The notes under the pieces were generated by a model that saw only the letters and a list, made by a program, of their open reading frames with translations, had not been told where the DNA came from and did not search any database. A stretch of DNA of 43,067 nt from a virus, in the IMG/VR virus record IMGVR_UViG_3300045988_098493, positions 1-43,067 of that record. One strand, 5' to 3'. A program made the position numbers and the translations under genes. Every line of letters begins with the position of its first letter. The first letter of the stretch is position 1. This document shows, one piece after another, positions 35,201-42,321 of the stretch.

Positions 35201-38200
35201 CAAAGCGAAAGCGGAACTTGTGCGCCAGTATGGCAGCTGGGGCGAAGCGGTAGCCGAAGCCAGACGCCACGGTGTGAAGCTGCGGCAGGAAGAAGGTCAC
35301 CGGGACGGCAACCCGGCGGAACAATATGAATCCATCGTCAACGATACCCGGGCCACGGGCGGCGTGAAGGACGGCGCGGCGGCGCTGTTCCGGAGTGCGG
35401 CAAAGGCAGCGGGCGTAGAGGGTGCGGCCAGCATGGAGAGCACCGAGTGGCTGGACGTGCTGATGAACGTGCATGACGCCATCAAGCCGAAGATGATGAG
35501 CCGGTTTGAGGATGTGTCTGAGTATGAGGACGCCAAGGTGGAACTGGCGGGCCGGATCATCGGGGAACTGATGAACGTGCCCGAGATGAGCGACGCACAG
35601 GCTATTTTTGACTCTTTCCAGCAATGGCAGCGAAAGGCCGCTGCGGCAGCAGCCGGAGACGAAGAACGTGCAGCCAAGGCTGTGAAGGACCTGAAGAGCG
35701 TGCAGAAAGAGCAGAGAAAGGAATTTGACCGGCGGCTGCGGGAAAATCAGAAATCCGGAAACCAGAGCGATGCTGTGCAGCAGATGACAGAAGCGGAACG
35801 GCTGTTGGACGAGAATCTGGATGCACTGGGCGTGGACATCACCAATGCGGGCGACATGGCGGAGAAGCTGGATGTGCTGAAGGAAGCCTACGAGCGGGAA
35901 TGGAAAGCAGAGCGGAAGCGGCTGACGGATGCCCGGCAGGAAATGCTGGATGAAATCGCGCTGGAACACCGGGAACTGCGGACGCAGATCGATAGTCTGA
36001 GCGCAGAAGTTGCCGGAGAACGGCGCAGAGCCGACTTTGCGGAACAGCAGCTGATCTATCAGCAGGACGAGATGATGGAATGGGCTGTGGAGAATAACCG
36101 GAAGAAAGAAGAATGGGAGGAAAAACAGCGCATCCGGAACGAAAAGGCCAAGGAACTGATGGAAAAGCACGAAGCAGAAAACAAGGCCCATGCTCAGATG
36201 ATCGCTGAAAAGCGGGTGCAGCGGGTGCGGGATGGCCGGAAGGCAGAAGAACTGAAGCGGAGTATCCGGAATAATCTGGCCCAGCTGAACCAGATGGTAC
36301 TGCGGCCGACAAAGGGCAAATATGTGCAGCCGCGGCTCATCCAACAGGCGATCGAGGTGGCGAAGCTGGCAGACATGACCATCCTGAACGAAACCGCAGT
36401 ACGGCAGCTGACGGTGCTGGAAACGAGCATCAGCCAGACGATGGGCGACGCAAACGACCCCAGCAGCCTTGCCTACGACTGGGACAAGACCGGCGTGCCG
36501 AAGATGATCCAGACCCTGCGGGCGGACCTGACGAACACGAAACAGGCAAAGCTCGACAAGCTGCACCAGCAGCTGACCGAAGCCGAAGCGCTGGGCGACA
36601 GTGACAAGGCTGAACAGCTGCGGGACCGGCTGAAGCGGCGGATCAAGGAGACCGAAGCAAGGACCTATCTGCCCATGACGGTGGACCAGCTGCGGATGCT
36701 GAAGGCCATCACGGCGGGAACGCTGCATGTGATCCGGACTGAGAACAAGACCTTGAGCCTTGCCAAGACTGAAGAGATCGACACCTTTGCCCAGAACGCA
36801 GGGTTGGAAGTGCTGGCTGCAAAGGGCAACGAAATGGGACGGCTGCGGGACATGCTGACCAAGTATAACCTTGATATGCTGGGGGCAAAGCGAGTGTTCC
36901 GGATGCTGGGCGGCTATGCCAAGAACAGCCAGATGGAGCGGATCGCCGACATGCTGAACGACGGCCAGCGGCGGCAGACCGAGATCACAGTGGAAGGAAC
37001 GAAGCTGTTTGACGATGTGACCGGCAAGGCAAACCTCAAGCAGATGGAAAAATTCGCAGGACCCGGCGCGGAGTTGGTGGACATCGGCCTGAAGGACCGG
37101 AGGAGCAGAGCTGTGCCCTTGACCCACGCCCAGCTGTGCAGCCTTTACATGCATTTGCAGAACGCGGACAGCCGGGAGCATTTGCTGAACGGCGGTCTGG
37201 TCCTGCCGGATGCAAAGAAGTACAACAAGGGCAAGATCGAACGGGCGTATCAGCAAGGGCAGACCGTGCAGATCGGGATGCTGACGGACAGCGAAGGAAA
37301 CGCTATGGCAGACACGATCCTGAACGCGGTGGAAAATGCCTTGACGGACTACGACCGGGCGTGGATCGCGGACATGCAGGAGTTTTTCGGCAATTATACC
37401 ACGAAGCTCATCAACGAAACGAGCATGAAGCTGGTAGGCTTCCAGCGGGCAAACGTGAAGAACTATTACCCCATCGCGGTGGACCGGGCACAGCTGGCAA
37501 CCGAGATCGAGGGCCTGAAGCTGGATGCGACCATCGAAGGACGCGGCTTTTTGAAAGAGCGTGTGAAGAGCGGCAAGCCCATCTTGCTGGAAGAGTGCAG
37601 CAGCGTCGTGCAGCGAAGCTTGCGGGATACGGCAGCATACGCAGGACTGGCTGCACCCATCCGGGATGCGAACCGAATCCTGAATGCTGATGTGGAAACG
37701 CGGGACGGCATCGGAAAGTTGAAGAACGGCATCATTAAGGAACATTGGGGTCAGGATGCTGTGAACTACATGGATTACCTGCTGACGGACCTGCAATCGA
37801 AGCAGCGGAAGCGCTCGGACGGCATCGGGCGTGTGATGAGACGGAATTACGCAGGGGCGATCCTGACACTGAACCCCGGCGTTGCCATCGCACAGGCGGC
37901 GTCTCTGCCCACGGCGGGTGCGGTTCTGGGCAGCGATACCATGGCGGCAGTTCTGCCCTTCGTGAAGAATCTTTCTTCCAAGCAGCGGACCGCGCTGGAA
38001 GCTGAGATCAGCAAGCACGGGGATGCCCTGCTGCAATACCGTTTGCGCGGGAGCCAGCGCGGAGAACTGGCATCCGTCGGCGTGGACAATGGAGCCGTGC
38101 AGAACCTGATGGATGCCCTGCCTAAGAGCGTGACCGGCTGGATCAACGGCATGGATGAGATCACGGTCGCGGCTCTGTGGGAAGGTGCGAAGCATTATGT

Positions 38201-39713
38201 GGAGCACCACCCGGCGGAATTTGACGACGGTGCAAAGACAAAAAACAGCGAAGAATATTGGGCGGCAGTCAATCAGATGTATCAGCGGGTCATTGAGGAG
38301 ACCCAGCCGAACTATACCGTGATGCAGCGGGCGGGTATCCAGCGAAGCGACAACGAGATCACCAAGACGCTGACCATGTTCACAACTCAGCGCTTCCAGA
38401 ATTACGGCATCCTGGCCGACGCCGTGATGGACTATAACGCTCAGAAGGCGCGGTATAGGACCCAGAATAACGAGCAAAATAAGGCGGAACTGGACCGTGC
38501 GGGCCGGAATCTGCGGCGGGCGGCATCCAGTCAGGTGATCCAGACCGCAGTTTTTGCATTGATGAAAATCGGCGCGGACTTCCTGCTGCACCGCTGGGAC
38601 CGGGAACAGGACGAGAACGGAGATGTGACCGCCAAAAGTCTGTGGAACCGGTTTGCAGGGCTGTTCACGGAGAGTGCGGCGGGAAACTTCCTGTTTGGCT
38701 CTGAGGTCTACAGCATCATCGGCAATGCTGTGAACGGGACGGATTATGATGTGGTGAGCGCTACCAACATCAGCGCTGTCAACGACCTGTTTGCCGCGAC
38801 TTCGAAACTGTACACACTGATCCGGAAGGACACCACCGGCATGGACGAAGAAGAACTGGACGCATATCACCAGAAACTCCGGAAGGCGGGCGTCAACGTG
38901 ATGGAATACGGGTTGGACATCCTCGGTGTTCCGGCAGCGAATGCCCGGAAGATGGTGGATGCATTCGGGGCCTATGCGGAAGATGTGAAGGGCCTTGCAA
39001 AGGGCGAAGGAATCAGTCTCAGCTCTGCACCCAGCTCGGCCACCGGACAGTATGACCGGCTGTTCAACGCCATCCAGAGCGGCGACAGCGACGAAGCGAA
39101 AGCGGCGCTGAAAAAGCTGGACCAGATGGGAAAGACCGACCAAGTGGACAGCCAGCTGAAGAGCCGGCTGAAAAAATACGATGATGATATTCTGGATGCG
39201 GCCAAGGCCCGGAATGAGGGCAAGGACAAAGACCGGCAGGACGCGACAAAGCGATGCATCCTGAAGCTATATGATGCCATGGGCATCGAGCGGACCGGCA
39301 AAGGTGACGTGGCCAAGCGGGAAGAAGTGATCGACCTTGTGACGAGCGCTGTGAATGCCAAGGCTGACGAACTGCTGAAGGCCAAGGACGATGGCAGCAG
39401 TTACAGCAGCGTTTACGGCGGCCTGACCGATGCACTGGAAAGCGGACGCGCGAAGGACGTGAACGACGAGATCAGCCGACTTCTGACGGCGGGCAAGAGT
39501 GCGGATGCTATCAAGTCGGCCATCACAGGACAGGTGAAGGACGAGTATCTGGCAGGAAGCAGCGCCGACCGGAAGAAGCTGGAAACCATGCTGCTGAAGC
39601 TGAGGGCGGATGGAAAGGCACTGTATGAGGAAAAGAACTTCGAAACGTGGTTGAAGGATGCAGAAAAACAGAAGGCGACCGCGAAGAAGGATGAGTGGAA
39701 GGGGGTAAGATAA
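29268..39713 (+). CDS. Giant 3481-aa virion-associated polyvalent-type protein (HExxH metallopeptidase-like motif, Gly-rich hydrophobic segments, a low-GC inserted domain, long coiled coils)
   Basis: An uninterrupted 10.4-kb ORF. HEDYH is encoded at 31974-31988 within DLFGTILHEDYHWYNSL. The hydrophobic G/A-rich zone spans aa ~300-480 and the K/E-rich coiled coil spans aa ~2050-2250. The architecture recalls the polyvalent proteins of phages and conjugative elements. Confidence 0.85.
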   Translation: MAVTKSQLAQWSKEYEAKHPDRKNKDTYQGKTTAQTTAAAQPKTERVTREQLAQWGKEFDAKQQAKKTQERENLYAAAYDSYRTNNNLGLADELDSRSDWLNQQDLGTKDVYKDVNRWRDTDDNQNLMDAVRRVDSTHGAYTDADLIKNGGWTQAQIDRAREINAQYDTVPLLEKAERRIGNSAKSVAANVSGAAAMAAGALPQAVGTEVKDDDRTRTLMRAIQRVDGTNGMYTDRDLIRAGWTAEEIADARARLAQGQASVKVDNPVYNWGRDTHQKGEELLADAQAGESGVQKFMHSAALSAGENLVLGAVNPALVLPVLSLQGAGDSLAASDERGESPEKAMTKAALKFGAGWAINRVGAADLAKTMGSDYAKDTVAGQIADFVRGMAGESPFAQQYPAIANAVSGGIDNAMQAFVESYADQAIDAALGDTETAQKMFTKENFLSALESGLSGGVSGAMGGAAGTGVGAVKEKAKQTAVNAAQERAAQAGQTIQQTETAAKKTQQRTQEPGMQSQTVQEGAAEKAAVAEPKAESAAEEKTEPAEPVKSQNANPAVRQFEQAVEAGGLTGKTIRLFTPEAGNEANRAALEEAYGVKLPETAASTRRMLRDLAAQQNEVKSAAAAHPEIKPQTVEKAGEMVETSQSAGADSSPNEGSHWQDGTAVLDEQSPTVQKIDGPAAEGRDYSDAELKADPAASEGSGPLRETYGLREPSSQTARQAEVASTLKQWGIKSDSAVQDISQKLPKGVEAKRYAAAASTIYRVAQMEEVKSFDDALKLAGAMNHTALNVSYVLDSGDAGRLALKQAYLYGADIKEQPNYGGQLTSMSTSGEGTVYYKGTLDHNGADMGSRLIELNAKATGTDAILQNVLQNDPNVKAYVDTETGRIFFGDSVTDLFGTILHEDYHWYNSLDSEGAKTLQDHALQYLAEMDGYESVDEMIREKLDVYARQGLTYAQAAEELVADAWRGIFSTEADFKCWVEFQRGQAEKNAGTAGKVKAVMNRVKKLLTDIISRAKEVLTHDPDNAAALKAKRLAEAERRILQDEYFAHAEKAMDNLRAAKENAAALKTEDTAGRKGIRFSIQKNADGESYIKIDEDILKDVPQEEWKAVVKQTIKDRYPNGFQRNGWTILNHKDGRSEFVRSKSTMMLQRSNEKIYVDKMRMAANLDEIIQTADEVYREPANHKNAEAFNRGKIEIQVGQNFYEADVLTAIKADDREIFYDIVNIAPVNNKALSRTHMESNDSGSSLREGFIEPFGGTHIESEDSRSRLPKGSMETSGKAHMESEDSGSRGSEVSKQSIAQDFTESKRTDEPVKKSVRFQLGTPVEVDTKKDLVAVHNLTEENLKESLELGGMPSPSIAVVKAQEGHTKYGPISLVFGSDTIDPAVNSANRVYGSDAWTPTRPNVEYKINEKARNQFETAVDDASRNAFEGKFANSSALQRIGVGDVSGESRTELAQRLQNDTAVQLAYLKAKGETVEPVYKTERDQFDSLGNDALEKVIEHVGGDDLRAVFENGDFELMDQLADKAADALEEKYTHGTLEGQNRRWQMRIDKLRNSNRDRLYGMLEHAYKMLTDTSGGKPTLDVEGTRTAIREAAPENEVKNWVYEQLGSVLGEKGIRNSKDRFTAGGKSRTFEQLHNPYTLQNLVAAMNQQNARGQDVWGLSANTLMSTATAEYQNLDEVRADKGRLQQMPEEEYQKLLKQADQQIEAVIDQLRKETTAHADNSFEEREILGDILLRAAQGKQTMAAVTKAFAKEDYAISRETAKQIVALYKTIADIPTGYFEAKPQRAVDFEEVRAAIVPDNTSSEVLNALKEKGVTVYEYKAGDDAQRTKLLNQVPNVRFQRADQADRDAKRNRQRQASRVIADNSAAIRTLTEMMGLTRGVRVSDDSILGKAEQLIKANGAKGKADAEHVAREMRTLLEYMRTDGADMNKAQGLGETIAGEILDHATYRNTELWEQFPEYHDLSYTVDKNGKAKAELVRQYGSWGEAVAEARRHGVKLRQEEGHRDGNPAEQYESIVNDTRATGGVKDGAAALFRSAAKAAGVEGAASMESTEWLDVLMNVHDAIKPKMMSRFEDVSEYEDAKVELAGRIIGELMNVPEMSDAQAIFDSFQQWQRKAAAAAAGDEERAAKAVKDLKSVQKEQRKEFDRRLRENQKSGNQSDAVQQMTEAERLLDENLDALGVDITNAGDMAEKLDVLKEAYEREWKAERKRLTDARQEMLDEIALEHRELRTQIDSLSAEVAGERRRADFAEQQLIYQQDEMMEWAVENNRKKEEWEEKQRIRNEKAKELMEKHEAENKAHAQMIAEKRVQRVRDGRKAEELKRSIRNNLAQLNQMVLRPTKGKYVQPRLIQQAIEVAKLADMTILNETAVRQLTVLETSISQTMGDANDPSSLAYDWDKTGVPKMIQTLRADLTNTKQAKLDKLHQQLTEAEALGDSDKAEQLRDRLKRRIKETEARTYLPMTVDQLRMLKAITAGTLHVIRTENKTLSLAKTEEIDTFAQNAGLEVLAAKGNEMGRLRDMLTKYNLDMLGAKRVFRMLGGYAKNSQMERIADMLNDGQRRQTEITVEGTKLFDDVTGKANLKQMEKFAGPGAELVDIGLKDRRSRAVPLTHAQLCSLYMHLQNADSREHLLNGGLVLPDAKKYNKGKIERAYQQGQTVQIGMLTDSEGNAMADTILNAVENALTDYDRAWIADMQEFFGNYTTKLINETSMKLVGFQRANVKNYYPIAVDRAQLATEIEGLKLDATIEGRGFLKERVKSGKPILLEECSSVVQRSLRDTAAYAGLAAPIRDANRILNADVETRDGIGKLKNGIIKEHWGQDAVNYMDYLLTDLQSKQRKRSDGIGRVMRRNYAGAILTLNPGVAIAQAASLPTAGAVLGSDTMAAVLPFVKNLSSKQRTALEAEISKHGDALLQYRLRGSQRGELASVGVDNGAVQNLMDALPKSVTGWINGMDEITVAALWEGAKHYVEHHPAEFDDGAKTKNSEEYWAAVNQMYQRVIEETQPNYTVMQRAGIQRSDNEITKTLTMFTTQRFQNYGILADAVMDYNAQKARYRTQNNEQNKAELDRAGRNLRRAASSQVIQTAVFALMKIGADFLLHRWDREQDENGDVTAKSLWNRFAGLFTESAAGNFLFGSEVYSIIGNAVNGTDYDVVSATNISAVNDLFAATSKLYTLIRKDTTGMDEEELDAYHQKLRKAGVNVMEYGLDILGVPAANARKMVDAFGAYAEDVKGLAKGEGISLSSAPSSATGQYDRLFNAIQSGDSDEAKAALKKLDQMGKTDQVDSQLKSRLKKYDDDILDAAKARNEGKDKDRQDATKRCILKLYDAMGIERTGKGDVAKREEVIDLVTSAVNAKADELLKAKDDGSSYSSVYGGLTDALESGRAKDVNDEISRLLTAGKSADAIKSAITGQVKDEYLAGSSADRKKLETMLLKLRADGKALYEEKNFETWLKDAEKQKATAKKDEWKGVR
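31196..31274 (+). repeat. Copy d of the two-hairpin repeat family, embedded in frame in the giant ORF
   Basis: AACCTCTCAG-TCTGC-TGGC-GCAGA-CAGCTCCCCT-AATG-AGGGGAGCC-ATTGGCAGGACGGGACAGCTGTGCTGGATGAA. It translates as TSQSAGADSSPNEGSHWQDGTAVLDE. Confidence 0.85.
32979..33150 (+). repeat. About 2.6 tandem copies of a 66-bp (22-aa) in-frame repeat in the giant ORF
   Basis: Units start at 32979, 33045 and 33111 (ACCCACATGGAATCGAATGATTCGGGGAGTAG...). Translation: THMESNDSGSSLREGFIEPFGG / THIESEDSRSRLPKGSMETSGK / AHMESEDSGSRGSE. Confidence 0.85.
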
Positions 39714-39720
39714 CGCAGGA

Positions 39721-39751
39721 CGCTCCGGCCAATTTGGCCGGGGCGTTTTTT
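39721..39751 (+). terminator. Intrinsic terminator after the giant gene
   Basis: CGCTCCGGCC-AATTT-GGCCGGGGCG, a 10-bp stem with one G-U pair, followed by TTTTTTG. Confidence 0.7.
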
Positions 39752-39825
39752 GCGTGGTTTGGAAAACTCCGGAGTACCCACGACGGGCGGGGAATGGTAG
39801 GATGACATAGAAAGGAGGGACGAGC

Positions 39826-42051
39826 TTGAAGGTAAAGATCATCAAATCGTGCTTCGGGGGCGTGGAATTCTTGGCACAGCCCAAAGTGCTGGTGCTGGGC
39901 GGCGTGGGAAGCGCGGGTGTGGAGCGGCTGGAATTTACGCTGCCGCGCGAGTGGGCCGGGATGGCCGTGACGCTGCACATCGAGCAGGAAGGCGGCGGAC
40001 TGCCGCAGCCCATTCTGCTGGATGCAGCGAACAGCGCCATGGTGGACAAGCGGTTCACGGCGGTGCGGCGGGGCATCTGGATGCTGCTGGCCGTGGACGG
40101 CAAGGGATACACGGCCATGACCCGGCCCGCAGAATACCGGTGCAGCCCCAGCATCGACCTGAACTCGACGCTGGAGGACATCCCGGAGAGCGTATACGAA
40201 CAATTCATCGCCCGCGTGCTGAAGGACGCGGCAGCTGCTCAGGCGGCAGCGGCCAGCGCAGAGCAGGACGCCAAGGCCGCACAGGAAGCGGCGGCACTGA
40301 GCCAGAAAGCCGCCTTGGAAGCCGCTGAACAGGCCGGAAAGGCGGGCGAGGGCCTGACGAACCGGGAACGGTGGTGGCTGCTGGAACTGCTGCGGCGTGC
40401 GGCATACACGGACCCGGCATCGAAAGACATCCTTGCAAAGCTTGGCGAGGCATGGGAGACGGTGCGGGTGGAACAGATCGTATTGAGCCAGAGCTATCAG
40501 GCGCTGGAAGCCGGTGCAGACTTTACGCTGACAGCCGACGTGCTGCCGGACGATGCCGCCGACAAGACGGTGAGCTGGACGACCGGAAACAGCGACGTTG
40601 TGGCGCTGACACCCGGCGGAACGGACAACCAAAACTGCACCGTGCGGGCCATGGGCGAGGGCATCGCCATGATCGCCGCGAAAGCCGGGGCGAAACAGGC
40701 TGTTTGCGCGGTATACGTCAAGGCCGCTGTGGTGGCCGTGGAGAGTATCCGGCTGGACAAGACCAGCGCGGCGGTGACCGAGGGCGGGACCCTGACTCTG
40801 ACGGCCACGGTGATTCCCGACAACGCCACAGACCGAACCGTGTCGTGGGCCGTTTCGCCCGCCGACGTGGCCGAGATCAGCACCAACGGAACGGTCTGCA
40901 CCGTGAACATCAAGGCAGCGGGGAGCGCTGTGGTGACAGCATCGGCCCAAGGATGTACGGCGTCGTGCACCATCACGGCGACCGAAAAGCCGGTGGAGGT
41001 GGTCAGCGTAACGCTGAGTGCCGAGACGCTGGACCTGACCGAAGAGGACACCGCCCGCCTGACGGCGACGGTCCTGCCCGAGAATGCGACAGACCGGACG
41101 GTGACGTGGACCAGTTCGAACCCGAACACGGCTACGGTGGCCGACGGCGTCGTGACGGCGGTGGGCGAAGGAACGGCGCGGATCACGGCACAGGCGGGGA
41201 ACAAGACGGCCAGCTGCACCGTGAACGTGGCCGCGAAGAAGGTGTATTACTCCATCGCCTACCGGCTGACCCATGTGAACACCAGCAGCACCCTTGTGGT
41301 GGTGGAAAAGGGCAAGAGCTATGCCACCGCCCTGACCGCAGAGAGCGGCTACAAGCTGGGAAACGCCAGCTGCACGATGGGCGGCACGGCCATCGACGTG
41401 GCCGACGGCGTGGTGGAGATCGCCAGCGTGACGGGGAACATCATCCTGACGGCCAGCGCAGACGCCATCCGGGTGACGAGCGTGAGCCTGAACCGCACGA
41501 GTCTGGACTTGACCGTGGGCGGCAGCGCCGCGCTGACTGCGGCCGTGAAGCCGGACGATGCGCTGGACAAGACCGTGACATGGAGCAGCAGTTCGAGCGC
41601 GGTAAGCGTTTCGGACGGCGTAGTGAAGGCCGTGAGCACCGGAAACGCTGTGGTGCGGGCAACTGCCGACGGCGTGAGCGCGGATTGTACCGTGAGCGTG
41701 ACGAAGAAAACGAACATTACGAGACTGTATGCATACGCAGTCACGAACAATGGACAGAGTTCTCATGACGAAATCTCGTATGCCGGTGTGCTGGAAGTTT
41801 ACTGGCAGCCGAATCACGCCGGGTATGCGGACGAGCTGGAAATCAGCAACTCAAACCCGTCTCATTTCAGCGTGACGACATCGGGTGACGTTGGGTCGGG
41901 ACTGCTCTACTTCACCGAAGGTTATGGCGAGAGCTTTGCAAAGCTTGTGTACAACGTGAACGTAACGAACCATGTGGTCGGCGAGAGCACGACTGTGACG
42001 GTAAAGGCCGGAAAACTGGTGCAGTCGGTCCGATTTACCATTACGCGCTGA
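39826..42051 (+). CDS. Multi-Big_2 tail/baseplate protein (741 aa; BppU-like N-terminus, Ala-rich coiled coil, about five Ig-like repeats)
   Basis: TTG start with AAAGGAGGG 6 nt upstream. Coiled segment: AAAAQAAAASAEQDAKAAQEAAALSQKAALEAAEQAG. There are repeated ...LTATVLPxxAxDKTVxWxSSN...V...G.V.A...G.A.ITA Big_2-type units. An internal module is paralogous to the two fibres. Confidence 0.8.
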   Translation: MKVKIIKSCFGGVEFLAQPKVLVLGGVGSAGVERLEFTLPREWAGMAVTLHIEQEGGGLPQPILLDAANSAMVDKRFTAVRRGIWMLLAVDGKGYTAMTRPAEYRCSPSIDLNSTLEDIPESVYEQFIARVLKDAAAAQAAAASAEQDAKAAQEAAALSQKAALEAAEQAGKAGEGLTNRERWWLLELLRRAAYTDPASKDILAKLGEAWETVRVEQIVLSQSYQALEAGADFTLTADVLPDDAADKTVSWTTGNSDVVALTPGGTDNQNCTVRAMGEGIAMIAAKAGAKQAVCAVYVKAAVVAVESIRLDKTSAAVTEGGTLTLTATVIPDNATDRTVSWAVSPADVAEISTNGTVCTVNIKAAGSAVVTASAQGCTASCTITATEKPVEVVSVTLSAETLDLTEEDTARLTATVLPENATDRTVTWTSSNPNTATVADGVVTAVGEGTARITAQAGNKTASCTVNVAAKKVYYSIAYRLTHVNTSSTLVVVEKGKSYATALTAESGYKLGNASCTMGGTAIDVADGVVEIASVTGNIILTASADAIRVTSVSLNRTSLDLTVGGSAALTAAVKPDDALDKTVTWSSSSSAVSVSDGVVKAVSTGNAVVRATADGVSADCTVSVTKKTNITRLYAYAVTNNGQSSHDEISYAGVLEVYWQPNHAGYADELEISNSNPSHFSVTTSGDVGSGLLYFTEGYGESFAKLVYNVNVTNHVVGESTTVTVKAGKLVQSVRFTITR

Positions 42052-42062
42052 GGGGATGGACC

Positions 42063-42317
42063 ATGAAGAAGATCTACGACAGTGAGGGAAACCTCATCTA
42101 TCCACGGGCCGGGGACAGCATTTCGGACGAGGAAAAGGCGCTGATGCTTGCCCTGTTTGAAGTGGCTGCAAAAAGCAGCGAGGCGGCCCGCCAGAAGTAC
42201 GAGCAGCTAAAGGAGCTTTGGAGCGCGGAAGGACCCGACGGACCCGACGGACCCGGCGAAACGACCGCCGTTCTGGGCAGGGCTGTTCTGGGCTATGCCA
42301 TTTTGGGAAGGAGCTGA
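42063..42317 (+). CDS. Small tail-module protein (84 aa)
   Basis: GAGGGGA lies upstream. MKKIYDSEGNLIYPRAGDS...GPDGPDGPGETTAVLGRAVLGYAILGRS. It is tightly packed between the Big_2 protein and the fibre gene. Confidence 0.55.
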   Translation: MKKIYDSEGNLIYPRAGDSISDEEKALMLALFEVAAKSSEAARQKYEQLKELWSAEGPDGPDGPGETTAVLGRAVLGYAILGRS

Positions 42318-42321
42318 AGCA

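Noticed and set aside
29205-39143. Minus-strand ORFs of 1042 aa (29205-32333) and 1677 aa (34110-39143) antisense to the giant gene.
   Set aside because: Their composition (R/P/C/H/F-rich) is typical of antisense frames of a GC-rich gene. The plus-strand frame gives a coherent protein with motifs and a ribosome-binding site.
29268-39713. The giant protein as an N4-like virion RNA polymerase or a crAss-like RNAP.
   Set aside because: The size and the N4-type capsid neighbour are suggestive. However, scanning the translation I found no DxDGD motif and no convincing T7-like motif B (Rx3Kx7YG) or motif C context. The hypothesis is kept only as something to test, not as a call.
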